A stretch of 64,000 nt of DNA from a virus. The stretch is taken from positions 26,509-90,508 of the IMG/VR virus record IMGVR_UViG_3300026292_000004; one strand, 5' to 3'. Below, piece after piece: positions 42,001-45,665 of the stretch. The translations under genes were made by a program, and so were the position numbers. A model generated the notes under the pieces. That model was not told where the DNA came from, searched no databases, and worked only from the letters and a program-made list of their open reading frames with translations. The first letter of the stretch is position 1; each line of letters opens with the position of its first letter.

Positions 42001-42804
42001 AACAGAATAGTCAACATAAGGAATAAGCAGTTTATCACCAATAATAACGTTCAAATATACCGTTAAAACTGGAGTATAACTAACTTCTGAATTTTCTAAG
42101 TTAAATTCAGTCTTAGAACTGTTAAATTGACTAGCAATTGGGTCTAAAACCTGTACAGAATCCTGCAAAAATCCTTTTAAGTAGAAAATCGCAGTTTCTT
42201 CTACAGAGTCGGAAGGGTTAGGTGATCTTGGAGGATCTTGGAATATTATGTCTGTACCACTAATAGTGAAGTCTACTGTTGGAATTAGATACTTACCAAA
42301 CAGTCTTACTACAATATGATCAGCACTTGGAGGTGCAATTGGAGCATTTTCCGAAGCTAATGGAAATGACCTCTGAACACCGTTAAATGTTAAATATGGA
42401 CTCTGTAACTCAATCCACTTTTCCCTGAACTCTGGATAGGATACACCGTCTGTTAAGGAGACTTCTGGTGATTTATCTGCCTTTTCATAGTAAATAATCT
42501 CATCATTTACTAAGAGCGAACCATTACTCTCAGCAAAATCATCAACACTCTCTACAGTTATAACATCTGCCGTATTAGTAACCTCTTCAAGTAAAGATGT
42601 TTCACTTTGAATTAGGTTAAAATCATACTCGTCTATATTCAGGTAATCCCTGAACTCATTTACAATATTTTGGGGTTGACCAGTCTTTTCCTGACCCTTA
42701 TAGTAATATTGTAAGAACTTCTCAAATGCTGGATAATCAGCCCTGATAAAATCAGGCAACTGATTAAGGACATTCTGTGATACCTTATTAGTTGTACTTG
42801 TCAT
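15073..42804 (-). CDS. gp7: Giant (9243 aa) baseplate wedge initiator, gp7-like multidomain protein
   Basis: Directly follows gp6. N-terminal QLPDFIR.DYP.F..FL.YYY; IKNIRTFYSAKGT; IQDSYFYQDFSY...HPAGFKVFG are motifs of cyanophage gp7-like proteins. Also carries a YHYH-like domain, a putative beta-propeller, two LamG-like domains and repeat blocks. Confidence 0.8.
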   Translation of the reverse strand: MTSTTNKVSQNVLNQLPDFIRADYPAFEKFLQYYYKGQEKTGQPQNIVNEFRDYLNIDEYDFNLIQSETSLLEEVTNTADVITVESVDDFAESNGSLLVNDEIIYYEKADKSPEVSLTDGVSYPEFREKWIELQSPYLTFNGVQRSFPLASENAPIAPPSADHIVVRLFGKYLIPTVDFTISGTDIIFQDPPRSPNPSDSVEETAIFYLKGFLQDSVQVLDPIASQFNSSKTEFNLENSEVSYTPVLTVYLNVIIGDKLLIPYVDYSVVSDGLKQTLKLKTAPSADERAYLGSIEAPITSFGTGATAVAQIDNAGKLSGIKVKKGGKDYRLTNPPAVTVVTTTSGGGASAESLVNGIKNLTLLDGGAGYSDLQPPIVDIQVPTAAGGVYATAKAKVKNGTVTSIELDNSGSNYTFTPRIVFKDPGGGKLSQPTLDSNNGVDPASIEVLSGGVGYTVPPTVYVDAPTGADPVQAEITATLTNGSVSGFSVVNRGRGYTSAPRIAIIDPGAAQILDVTVDSTGRVVDIELLSGGSGYVDIPSIYVVDNRKDNSGQFIGGTGATAVASIFNGQITDINITNFGTGYSITEPPTIIIQRPPSATASAEVGFGEVTGFKVIEEGSAYTKAQFIGCARGVSGLVGYDKDGNAIFENKTYPAVHPVLTSTVKCLDGVFIEKMLSKFTEQYLPDIPKIDLNTININTVIKNIRTFYSAKGTPKSIAYLFKILYGEDVSVSYPKEQIVKPSAATWQVDTILRCVITEGDAANLSDGLIQQFSDNVDPNITDASALIENFISIKTSELEIFEIVLSEETITGAFTIPYKTKLAEGISATDSVITVDSTIGWPERNGEILVGNELIRYKEKSLNQFIECTRSVNSVVDDWDSATEVTSNFYVYVNYGQETQVTIKLVGIVKAENTTLTDDGSYYLPGDKLTVSKLGASEESKLLDTWNYNVKKLVSVTSIEYGGLNNQTATVTCGNPHGLLVGDQVTIYGANPIVYNGTYLVQSRESATVFKYELAQPGSTIPQGNILISVDLNRGKSDVESVNNVISIYTTNIQNTFFNDDYVYVAASGIPNYKVGPFEGQALIPGNQRKLLRFPRISQTISTKDAINPGATGSWVNGVSVWSYKSDLKKIFGKVTAISIDAAGSEYDAAAPPNLTLSGGGGTGATGNVVVNGSITAIDVDAAGSGYTEPPLVSIVGGGGSGASATAVVVNKAVSRVLINDGGTGYTSKPEITIVGGGGLGATATASVRGPIKTVNITAAGTEYTSSPTATLSSGTGAQAQAIVNNGRIISIAVINAGNGYTTPPTVEIYGTGFGAVAKAIIDTDGENAGRVTSITISNRGINYESGTTIIVLSSVGKDAKFTASVQDWNYNLAGPEQKPLQVGNETRGGYIPTTVLDDAQGSVFSGLNNQYGGEYAHLSNPKRLRYVLGDNLIEDANGKLTEATSNIEHSPILGWAYDGNPIYGPYGYADPTDQSSNVRRLEPSYSLKTELVYNSVTNQVPVRTGGPVLPAIDAYGRETVILTDSNDDGIPDSYYGTAPTNTFPAGTFVEDYTYNFGVGDLDRYNGRFGKTPEFPEGVYGYFITIDATEDGNPVFPYIIGPSFNSSVDKWNLAATAVQQNIPTGVIRYRDPYENVDIDVERTPNATADLLTTEDGLELTFDPIWEDADGDQVIDTNYQQNGDRLATRQDDRVFRLTYDQSTIAMAEGQQYVVPAFVTNNGQFAPSTTAITVQVLHNGLGVNTALVRAISNENFHKAFDGTYDQYIGLDFTYDNNGTSQSANITDIEYVGFRATYEITNTTTTAEELTDVGSLLEENKLELFDYFPKVRFDSKVDIEVETTTKFEDAAVSSFVVENPGDSYQVNDRLVFDNTDTEGYGISAVVRTIEGKSVSSYSYELIDDVPHGVVECAEPHDLLATDRVLIDYTPNSASELETYKVKAVDGIEQINVTQIGTGYNDDVPISVEIDGVGQHAAITPIIDTGNGTVSEFNIIRSGNGFTTAPKLVISHPQSFKKAEYFLNNTNNLKNTVANSIFTDNSTKDYYVCGNTLDEYNNRVGYVAKYSQSGDLIWSKTARSEQPSGQDTYCDFAAIYVDITSDTQDVYVSGTTKPNSLNINYNPDIVLMKFNQSSGGANVGIQYQKEIAGISGSTRQDIVTALTKVGENKFCMGGYTNTNTSNPYDAFLIVFNENLLIQQKRKIASTDSSEKVADIKYNPDNGKFYALLEVAPTNTSPQKSFAIAHCEAQQFQLAVDKVTNFTATSYNFWDPKFDIDEFGDFYVSGTAYSASNSNSIIVTKVTTSDTVVWGKRWTPTGGTTWRNLKAIGGNIDVFGQYNVACNYEVNESTAEYDAYRKQSEITKIKYDGTLISTNVVKFTRNIVGFEINDFVSDASGDPIFVGQAFRNEVIGLFNFEQTSETEPVDTTGNITNRNLIGDYYKGSNITSGAPNGKGSTGGLMIDAWDGSAWADTHFELEPGNNTGIWGFKDSFDVNGNWTIEGFFSVDESNDQQDTRLGTAGSSHHILFGVGHGNEPGITVMLNRSNKRIEMYASATTQRTAGAIASVDNVLINNVGYVHIALTKNGNVYTVYANGTQVGTGTLPGNSNIATTAKIYMGNSPNWQSASSGLTVTTAGSFNVDGFKITDRVIQVIVPSTTADFNTYLQKYTYAVDCSLILKTDKNVDTSRQGDFTGTNTTWQFNTAAYTYSNVTDQVINPGALTLAGEGLQVLDYNDANSTLVLDSVTISSTTDVWSTRTATIPAIGGRKVKATPLTWGKFYIQTVDAIQADNILKFTFNQPATFNVGSQLQQKNAGGQVIGTATIVDSDSTGVYVASYGTATDWVGWEDTGEIVSTGTEVNEIASQTFANQDHDATAGQGTFIFDIPGGLSARFKEYSINDYTVRIDATAPAGSPYIVGSVITPTSDTVSWNADRTQLTIGASPNQLTAVTQITLITNLEKIIILDDAANTDKIYFTTAEAHRHKVGDNLLISGNDLEEFNGSFNVTNVLSTRSFIVGLRAVAVGLPVAASAIDIYAKHPVLKMYYQHKYKFMLGDTSLQGYFMSFSKDNLFKLEYSFNSITRVGTPGYQVGNQPEPYVQISINNDVTNISYYFDPSKTGDTSPVDAGTYMDVVTTPYNGNFVIYSTSGGTITTGDTIFKFPLTSEPEGTAQASLVKYTTFSTKAVGPIGDIRLVNGGGFYKKLPVISQIVSNRKIERVAITEPGTEYAVGEYTGVPISGDGEGGKVNITVADGEDDEGNNIPGQIAEVIVTDPGKNYTTATIDIESITGILGAGLTGSGAELTVVIPPNGTGASVFVKADKIGKIKKLKNNNFGFDYTHDYTLRPEITFPVNVQLTSTNILDSITVTDPGSGYATPPAVIIAGGGGSGATAEASIKNGRIDAIEVKDPGAGYSSQPAVTLKSSFNYVVNLDLNLLQFSFPHGIVNGSAVTLTSNDDGSGDDPELPISSFGRLNANTTYYAISGISNSLENDQLRLAITKDNAAIGDYISYTNAGTGRQVVLTDSFGGAATANVVTGRFLAGELIYQGDTLENATATGYVSENDGWQIGPRILKIVDYTGTFSKNQIVTGTISKASGTIDNFSIAKGVLEVGAITTTPGRFVDDVGKPSEIIQKIQDSYFYQDFSYSVKAPVSISDWRDILITNVHPAGFKVFGELGLVEKSTIENKETAFELTKSVNLAESAIVPNLQNFTLVEPVYTEFDNTEVRFRQKNLTSSEQILTSTVQKINDISDQFDGEKISFGLTVQNINQDGNVVTEPVIASANQLLISLNGIVQSPGDAFTVQGSNVVFSSPPQPPANVQYSNATLEFKTLYRANLSTISGIFPLVGGTIRGIITDYEAIVVATGLTTVDFYYKTTAGQPFQVDDPATTLTYEGEAITSSATGFTANVDSIDPITNTNLFQFKEDIENLRGDNAKIERVNLEGDNGQVLTTIPAGLSASGNTFDVASGYALSKVTLTTAGTGYIDNIDGVSTSGGSGTGMTVTVDADGSGVITATKIKERGTGYALGDVITISGGGNQDATVTIVANTGGVYQIDSERFEVATIVGNTVTANRGVDGTAVVGHQTDSNVFGTTIEIGDTVLLSKTAGTYQSTAGLFDIVIGDIIIGQKSNIVAEVIGISAYRDPVTNEPNNQVIISEGSTFQGLVFNRITNINFQNVILDNVSQTQLQLTDVNDKNTEFNSKFPNSEVVSNLILEYNNAAGTFTVDEDIRNHIVNYSNISGDLIDGETVRLYKLAYDEPKVTPDGLILTGDIIRSENGTAQVIGTNYARKYLYLGKVARRSTDLHVPVAQSGAINATLQKKFGSASLYLNGSAYVSVPTSTEFGFGNGEWTVECWFYAASVTGTQHLIDFRTQASEASPCIRLDGTGLEYHVSGADVITGGTVTQNTWHHVAVSRDGNNHRMFLDGTQVGSTWSNATDYGTTKPIKVGADHAAANQFQGYVDELRVSNNKRYTTNFTNATYMHQGDINTLLLVHFDGANLSTTFQDWSGVPTWNEGDQFLTGDTTFRFFDASTEILNNVELIANEAIYQTDKEFVKLHIPHPDTEVPITYGKEFYDVINSNLDFIAAEAYDRISPEPPPGTGPIDCKDDVKDIIRNISYNLTYGFNNKTYDAAKLYVNNAKLDHLKGKESFSIRVFNEARDIAKRVINNSPVLQYNGFKASDATYEPVSGDLTVDIGKSHNFIVNSTRSNGSACVTANSLKFTCAMDGNKSEHTYPRLEDQSYLRKNAIKEVGITSHTIDNATYDPETGILQLWVPGHKFVDGNSVQILGKSLVFTCDQDDHHTDHNYPRTTDPWNGRWLKISNSNPDSFEVNVGKSLSYTFTPSAGTYDPTTGDMVLDIGTHSLAAGQTIKIQPNSLVWTCALDSNATEHTYPRTAIDTHQAASGSTYAPLTGVLDVTTAATHGMQVGDWIKFNEGAITFNCTMDGGSSNKAYPRQTDPTYDKWLQVESVPSTTRFTVNVGKSPAVNYTPTDAAYNPTTGIMELTIGTHGMVAGDAIKLAQDSLTFTCDYNNDNHATTKTYPRNNGNDSATYNTSIAITAVGDAVLTPTFADYNPNTGHVTLTIKDHPVQNGDKIKIANNALSFTCDHDNHDTVHSYPRATDESSGKWLTVFNRTPDTFDVQILASVPSTNATEHTFVSCTAGCVTGQDMTISMQVLPSAPSTDQTEHRFVSASAGAVQTGGNYTHTFVSGVADGIQQKRDKVYDTSIPIKYEGTPYTAAQSDTDYEPTTGVLTIGQTGHNFTVGEYVKIVDESLTFQCNTDSYGSNHLYPRPTDPASGQWLRIDAVATDSFDVQIGKSSDTSNHNCTAVAANGIIRRDSKITVNVGVSSNTSGHTFVRADNNCIETGTGENIEGFGVTGASYTPASGVLELTIGDHDFSVGEYVKIANNSLNFVCNHNSDNYITNKSYPRTTDPAYNKFLKITDIGTNAKTATGATYEPTTGLLTITSAAHGFVSGQRIKIVDSSIVFTCTAGGGTHAYPRSTDPISGKWITVTVVDADTFKCNVGVSSNTTVHSFDSAVANGLQYQSGIIKVNALQGTTPTNTSTHQFVNANNQYTPTDADYDPATGWMTLTLAGHTFASGEYIKVADAGLVFTCATDDNKTQHSYPRETDPFSGKWMKIGKVTTDTFAINVGITSNNTVHTFVSAVFNCVSRAVVYNGGAYNHTFKSHAPHGLLGQDGNVTFNVGASPEVGHDVSAATYTPADGNLTLNIGKHNMNVGNAIKIDTDSLTFQCNMDSQNTNKTYPRSTDPVHNTNIPITAVGQTQHTVVAGNHAFVSALSGGIRDASATGNTYTVTNAVYTAETGNLVLTVGADGTDSLAASDFINMKVSSLTMTCDLDQNATNHAYPRATDPIFTTLGTGTSDATWSRTIPITKAGNDITMNVGIGTAGTKYNPETGVLTLDIQNHGWSGPTNLTGASGTTYDPATGELSVTTTGVHSLANGARVRFEEGAFTFSCAMGSGNKTYPRKSDPTFGKWLDVDVDSTTVFKVNVGKSPLKDFHVAHAEYDHTGGDLVLEIGNHDLKVGTAIKLAKESLEFTCSNDGYATTHKYPRSTDPAYNAALNIKGVTPTTITINVNVGSGGNQFAHKFVPAVGLTPTAATYNPGNGTLQMTITGHGLESTSRIKIAEDALQFTCDMDHHETVHAYPRSTDPVANKWLDVTVVDANTITVPVGTTPLVNHDVTNAVYSPNTGEMVLTVGHNHGIKKGQGIKIGQDKLSFKCQQDATLAEPDGVTTHTYPRNTIDTSTVNTASYDPATGHLTLTVPLHGYKYGEKIKIADNSLTFKCAKDGNATNHSYPRGSDYASGRWLPIFDVTSTTFKVQVLDLAPSTNPDTHIFESATANGISIQRDPYYDRTIYVDGVTRTTITVNVGISSNVSTHTWVGGTSSNAITSGGNYTHTFVNAVNNSILTSVVRTGGNYTHVWQSSASNGIKVAGDQVKLDNEALKFTCKLDGDTSYHSYPRPKDPSASQWIPIENLTTHTFDIQIGKSPDTSVHTFNSCVGNALKKQTGEITVNVGASPQVLYDVAGATYNFTSGDLVLNIGTHDLIEAQSIKLADSSLTFQCTYGGSPVQVAYPRGTGSSYSGGTPSGADYAWQRALPITAIGKNQHTVTGATYTASTGILRLTIANHGFTDQDKIRILDNSLTFTCNQDLHQTLHTYPRGNDPISNKWTAISNITDNTFDVQVGQTSIGDFEHTFISASSNGLETQTGTITVDVKPITSVGSPTAHTFIGASAGAVIAGGNYTHVFQSAAAGAVKTGGGYAHTFVSSEDNAITSHGEIQQTNSNIPFVYGGYPEANARLDALMKIVTDTLSDPGALRTIEYPSSVNFIQRTHPSFSKCVRDAKEWVKAICYDLRNEGNSKSWDTAAYYVNRADTNNILINHISGEEGETVWAIGKVRDFMINVMRRDAISITGDHGYEQVIDNTITTDTANPYCQDVATAITTYTGIISDTIFNADSLTPSDHLGTVTRTAPTSETGGGVVDAYVTSEFTCDKEFPDDDLFVSNQLNPDALNRYKDAANLIRANATVIVDETAGDMLNRYPDLVQDMPRNEGGASGLGTIRCKTDLGLILDAIAEDLEYGGNANTVTAFRFYLGSNGEILHIRLQLLQSLYAHERLAFYAKAAIDGTLVANYSTNVIIPPAGITVDGGGCANVKTSIDTLITLMNSTLSPTGDRYADAADLMIFNKDYIGNEAVGLMQEKFTYQDAGSNDVRVFNYPGGDTDGKNKCVRDMTLIVDSIASDLLVGGNYSSVEAAKKFLDTSQNIVQVEDQLAQTAEAIERVGFLCKKAVNNLLQSTGAGQLSPEHYVGRFTDQNIIPAVTDLTITDSQDDGYSTDYTAQDCANVQSAIDTLIETIIEILVPSGKQGRESALQILVGDEYFEEEIRSSTIADWGGVWEEEEETAFLTQVKDDAIYDLLSTPDLIGTLYSPTNVSYTPSTGKLVLTIAGHGMTPYTKHTPTGAAFTPATGAMTITLSGHGFSNGDKIKLDDNSLTFKCAQDNSVTKTYPRSSDPASGRWLTITGVTTNTFVVNVGISSNTTAHTFQTALSDCLQKQNDVIQIKPNSLTFTCAMDDDSSYHSYPRPTDPFYKKDIAVESVTTNTITVDVGKTTAGTYTPTAADYNHTTGDMELTVGALDVTNATYNATSGDMELTVGLNHGLTTDDTIGLKPESLTFTCAAATGTHTFVTGVTNGLTFDVGGTLSQKTAAAGTTYTPATGLLVLEIGSHSYTTSDTLEIDDQAVIFTCDADSHATQHPYPRSSDPASGQILSIDAVTGTTVTVDVGQSNQTQSAYPRLTGSRAVGGIDYAAKNRLAITGTSSTTITVNVNGGQGAISVPLSHTYASSLPGAVMTGHRLLAGTSIRLAPNSLTFTCTQGGGNQTYPRTTDPFYNKSINIKSVGTDNVDDPDTASYNPNNGILTLDINNHGLSAGDLIKFEDGAITFKCQLDNEISVHAYPRSTDPWSQKWLEPTIISADQLSVNIGASPDTSLHTYVTCTPNGIKKQDGTIIVNVGIAATADQYPHTFVAGQSAAINAIQTGGDFTHTFTSADEECIEGPVTTATLNNTAALKNIRLIQSPVSGETQSDNIWPSGQRETFDAGGWTVTGGTISNDIGVAPDGTMTADKYIPGANTSAKVIEREFTLPTYDTFDKDTIKFDDAINKFDEGSSLSYQEYTFSCFVKQDEYYKFRHSISWSATDKAEFTWDAVTGAIGPSLFINGNVIVGDGSDSNGMKGTYWGVKPYGFGWFRPFITIRVPFGISTITMKEYMLNNTGTLAGGGSEGDGTKGSFIWGAKLNKGFLDIYQSEAGEKFYISDEFNIKNYILDKFEDFVEEQLNNNLINPAPDSGTIPAYKPELNIYYDTPEVMFRIKNTIRLYKSQLVDDSFYEQQTGYVGVTLPTTTYVAGGTRNVPVGLGQKIVGSDHFYAVGSDSYAEIEKVTSNEARIAKIFKRFSFKADQVTLGGGNADFALGEIIQITGNAAITGVVYATSSDDNFRYMDVVISAGTFTQYLGITGQTSGAALAGGTNLVGSITNLTNAGANVNRTQGSYDGIAATGGNGSNATFNITVDDQGAANITIANGGTGYGVSDVLTLPDALLGNGGAPNITFEVGTLTNAGIQTIVDRFQVINLVNEMKAGYSFKGYSSGAKADIVAFNKNEGAVLDNTGGKLTIDTESVVGAFEENSVVYPDATRIYLDVTKHPSIAANIATGDKVVATGYTRLGVTLTGANATLDFSVGQYVYQANNNQSIIDGGAYGIVTGWDDANNYLYVSPIGSSAFANGQYIGQYQLGETSSPIIYGQVSTTVNATTTAYGTVSRIDEIGLTNRVYLSDVVGTFTGNDTIISDDGYKAASSEKIDVVGRTKRWFVGFDGTQTQFKLTEQNGTPYFPDPEGHMMVFVNGILQPPGAAGSYTAFSDIIQFNEAPTIGSSFTGFYVGKMRQLDDISFEFDSLRSSFNLKRDGTFYSIALTEGVQATESIIADNNIIISLNGVIQQPGIGFELVGSRVVFKETPRVGSTFVGFAYIGSDADVTQSEIVPPIEAGDLLDIQGETEDREVAVIESSNTLVTFEYIGSVFGRDAQGNAAIVKNRIDSVQVTNPGSGFSARPVIRVDSASGFDGAVKALVGVSRVDTTAPGSNYNYPGVTITNVVADEWTAPDLSAYGEEALYKEEVVDTDVINVTPENLANVDSGDIPGQGSSPAGTGTTVGTFAVTSIWSSTPAP
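18570..20460 (-). repeat. Second block of 6 YPR-type His/Cys repeats in gp7
   Basis: KTYPRSSDP, HSYPRPTDP, HPYPRSSDP, SAYPRLTGS, QTYPRTTDP, HAYPRSTDP. Confidence 0.85.
20650..22330 (-). repeat. Tandem alpha-helical CxxD repeats in gp7 resembling phycobiliprotein globin domains
   Basis: KCVRDAKEWVKAICYDL, RCKTDLGLILDAIAEDLEYGGN and KCVRDMTLIVDSIASDLLVGGN, each followed by a C-x-[DN]-V-x-[ST]-[AS]-I helix. Confidence 0.7.
22420..28790 (-). repeat. Block of 20 ~100-130-aa His/Cys repeats in gp7 (YxPxTGxLxLxIGxH...LxFxCxxD...HxYPRxxDP...VNVG...HTF)
   Basis: 20 YPR motifs counted by eye in this interval of the translation. Confidence 0.85.
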
Positions 42805-42824
42805 TGATTATTTTTGGTTCAGGC

Positions 42825-44798
42825 TCAGAAACACGCCATATTATTGAGGTCACCAGCGTTATCAATAGTAACTGGGGTAACCACAGCAGGGACTACGGCA
42901 TACTGCTCAGGGTTAAGATTATTTAGCGGAATTGTAGCAGGTGGAAGGGTTCCAATTGGCACAACCGTGATATCAGGTGTCGGAAGAGAAATAATAGTAC
43001 CAGGAGTATCTGGTCTGACTTCCGATGGGTTTTGTGGAATAACTTGGACTGGTAATTTACCGCCACCTGGGGGTTCATCTATCGCAACAGGTCCGAAACA
43101 AACCTTTCCTGTAAGATAATTGATGCTACCAGCAGAGTTATTGGTATAAATCTTGCTTGAACCACTATTATAGTAAGTTCTCAAATTACCAAATCCATCA
43201 TCTTCAAAATACTGGACTACAGTTGGTCTATCAGTGGTAATGAACTGTCCAGATCTAATGATTGGTTCTTTATAACAAGTAGAACCGCTACCACCAGTTC
43301 CATCACCACTATCATTAGAAGGATTTGAATCATACAATGGTTGTCCAAAGTCAATACAGTAAGTATCAACAGAACCAGTATTAGCGTTCATATTCATATA
43401 ACGCATCAACGTAGTTTGTACGGATGCTGAATCAATAGAAGCATCTGATAAACCGATTGCTTTATTGAATTTAGATAATGAGAACGAAGATTCAAAGTTG
43501 TTTATATTCTCTTGAGAGGCATATTGCTCAATAGCACCTAATACAAGAGACTGTAATTCTGAAATACTCTTACTAGTTTTAGTTGGATCGTAGAGTACAA
43601 ATAGATTGTTAGCAACATAAAGGAATGATGGGTCAATAATGACTGGTTCAATGGATGCCATTGAATATGCCCTTAAATCCTTCGCAATTGACAATTTTGT
43701 CGCATTATTGAGTAAATTACCTGTTTTTGTCTTAATTGCGACGTAAACTTTACCATAAACAGGTGGATCTAGCTCATCTCCACCAAAAGCAATGACACTT
43801 TCGGCATTTGAGTAAACTTTTTTGGTAATAATTGAATAATCTTGTGATGTTACCGCCCTAAGTTGAGTCGTATAGTCCCTAGGAGCAGTGTATTTGATGG
43901 ACTCAATGGATTCAACAGAATCACCGAATTGAGACCTCTCATTGACTGTTAGACCTGTCTCTACGATGCTATCAATTGTTCTAGCATACTGGTCTTCTAT
44001 TTCTCCAACAAAATCAAAATCCTGAACGTCATTAGCAGCAGCTTCATGACTCTTGACGTATGATATGTTAATAACTTCACCATCTTGTAGTTTCCTTCCA
44101 ATGACACCATCACCAAAGATGATCTCATACCTTTGGTCTTCAGTTTCACTAAGGAAATACACCCTGGAGTCTGCTTTAATGTTCGTTACGTCCTCACCAA
44201 GCACATAAACGTCTTCTTGAGTGGACTGAGCATTAGGTTTAACAGTAATCCTAAGTGTAGAAGTATCAACTTTATCAGTTGGAACCAAATATTTCTGTTT
44301 TTTGAAGGATGATACCGTATATCGGTAAGTTAGAATGCTTCCTTCATAAATTACGGTCTTATTAAATAATGCTACTCCATTAATGTCAGTAACAGCATTA
44401 ACATCCTCAAGTACGTTGAATGTATATGCTCCACCAGTAGCAACAATACCCTTTTTAAGAGACACATACTGAGGATATGCATCATTCAGCAATTCTGTCT
44501 GTACACTGAACGATACACACGCTTTTGCTGCCCTAGAAGACCTTGGAGTATAGTTTAGAGTCTTTGCTAGACTTACAACGTTATCCCTGACTGTAGCGGA
44601 TGAGAGAAAGGTCTCATTAACCGCCATGTTAGCATTGAATGCTGTATAGTAAGTATTATAAGCAAGAACATCAACCAAATACGACAAAGTAGACCCTTCA
44701 AAGTCATAATCCGTAAACTCATCACGAGTCCTAAGATAATCTTTGATTGAACTCTTAATAGAGTCAAAATCCATTGCTGTAAGGTTATTTGGAATCAT
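42825..44798 (-). CDS. gp6: Baseplate wedge subunit gp6
   Basis: DFDSIK..IKDYL...EFTDYDFEGS.LS.LVDVLAYNTYY; FGDGVIG; RAVTSQDY; GGDE..PP.YGKV. Confidence 0.92.
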   Translation of the reverse strand: MIPNNLTAMDFDSIKSSIKDYLRTRDEFTDYDFEGSTLSYLVDVLAYNTYYTAFNANMAVNETFLSSATVRDNVVSLAKTLNYTPRSSRAAKACVSFSVQTELLNDAYPQYVSLKKGIVATGGAYTFNVLEDVNAVTDINGVALFNKTVIYEGSILTYRYTVSSFKKQKYLVPTDKVDTSTLRITVKPNAQSTQEDVYVLGEDVTNIKADSRVYFLSETEDQRYEIIFGDGVIGRKLQDGEVINISYVKSHEAAANDVQDFDFVGEIEDQYARTIDSIVETGLTVNERSQFGDSVESIESIKYTAPRDYTTQLRAVTSQDYSIITKKVYSNAESVIAFGGDELDPPVYGKVYVAIKTKTGNLLNNATKLSIAKDLRAYSMASIEPVIIDPSFLYVANNLFVLYDPTKTSKSISELQSLVLGAIEQYASQENINNFESSFSLSKFNKAIGLSDASIDSASVQTTLMRYMNMNANTGSVDTYCIDFGQPLYDSNPSNDSGDGTGGSGSTCYKEPIIRSGQFITTDRPTVVQYFEDDGFGNLRTYYNSGSSKIYTNNSAGSINYLTGKVCFGPVAIDEPPGGGKLPVQVIPQNPSEVRPDTPGTIISLPTPDITVVPIGTLPPATIPLNNLNPEQYAVVPAVVTPVTIDNAGDLNNMACF

Positions 44799-45217
44799 TA
44801 TTCCGCCCGTTGTAAAATAAAGTCTATAGTCTGCGTTAGAGGTTGACCGACAATACGATATTCAACGTCTACTCGTAGTTCATGATAATCATCTAGTGCT
44901 GTTATCTCAACACTAATAACTTCTACCCTAGGTTCAAAATTCCTAAGAGTATTAGTAATCTCATCTTGTAATGTATCAACTGTAAATGCATCTAAAGGTT
45001 CAAACAATAATTGATATACTTTAGAACCAACCTCTGATTGAAATAATTTCTCTCCTGGTGATGTTAGAACTAAGTTTTTCATTGCTTGTTTAATGGCAGC
45101 TGCATTCTTCAAAACAATAAGGTCTTTCGTAACTGGATTCTTTGCAAATGAATTTGCAAGATCCTGAAAACTACGAGAGACCTTAAGGTTCTTTGATGTT
45201 ATTGTCTTTAGTGCCAC
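44798..45217 (-). CDS. gp25: Baseplate wedge subunit gp25
   Basis: AIKQAMKNLVLT.PGEK.F...GS....LFEP...I...L.NFEPRV; position immediately upstream of gp6. Confidence 0.92.
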   Translation of the reverse strand: MALKTITSKNLKVSRSFQDLANSFAKNPVTKDLIVLKNAAAIKQAMKNLVLTSPGEKLFQSEVGSKVYQLLFEPLDAFTVDTLQDEITNTLRNFEPRVEVISVEITALDDYHELRVDVEYRIVGQPLTQTIDFILQRAE

Positions 45218-45504
45218 TATACGCTATAAAATGTATATTTTAGAGTTAACTCCTCCATTGGACCTATTGGTTTAATTACTTCTATAAAGTATCTTCCATC
45301 CTCATATTCATACTTTGCACAATTAGGATTATCACTGTGATTAATAAAACCACCTAAAGGAGTGCGTATAATTTCATCATGTAGAATAATGTGGGATAAA
45401 CCAAGTTTGGTTCCAACTGCAAGGTCTTTTCTTGAGAAAAGTCCCTGACCAGCAACAGGACTCTCACTAACGAAGAGTCCCTCTGGTAAAGCTTGATATG
45501 TCAC
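45217..45504 (-). CDS. Stand-alone SET-domain protein (putative lysine methyltransferase)
   Basis: SET motif I SPVAGQGLFS; GFINHSDNPNC (NHSxxPN); C-terminal I.P.EELTLKY (ELxxxY); GTG start. Confidence 0.85.
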   Translation of the reverse strand: MTYQALPEGLFVSESPVAGQGLFSRKDLAVGTKLGLSHIILHDEIIRTPLGGFINHSDNPNCAKYEYEDGRYFIEVIKPIGPMEELTLKYTFYSV

Positions 45505-45524
45505 TTTATCATTATATCTCTTTT

Positions 45525-45531
45525 TATTTAT
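45525..45531 (-). promoter_or_regulatory. Late promoter ATAAATA upstream of the SET gene
   Basis: + strand TATTTAT overlapping the stop of the 44-aa peptide. Confidence 0.6.
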
Positions 45532-45662
45532 GCACCTTGTCCACGGTATCTCTTTTTTGCTTTATTGCGAGATGTCGCAGAGAGCTTTGTGTTCTTAGAT
45601 TTACCTTGTCTCGTCACCTTCGCAGGAGGTGCGGCATAATCTGAATTGTTATAAAGTGCCAT
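45528..45662 (-). CDS. 44-aa Lys/Arg-rich peptide (not in the ORF track)
   Basis: Manual translation MALYNNSDYAAPPAKVTRQGKSKNTKLSATSRNKAKKRYRGQGA*; fills the gap between the PAAR and SET genes. Confidence 0.75.
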   Translation of the reverse strand: MALYNNSDYAAPPAKVTRQGKSKNTKLSATSRNKAKKRYRGQGA

Positions 45663-45665
45663 TAA

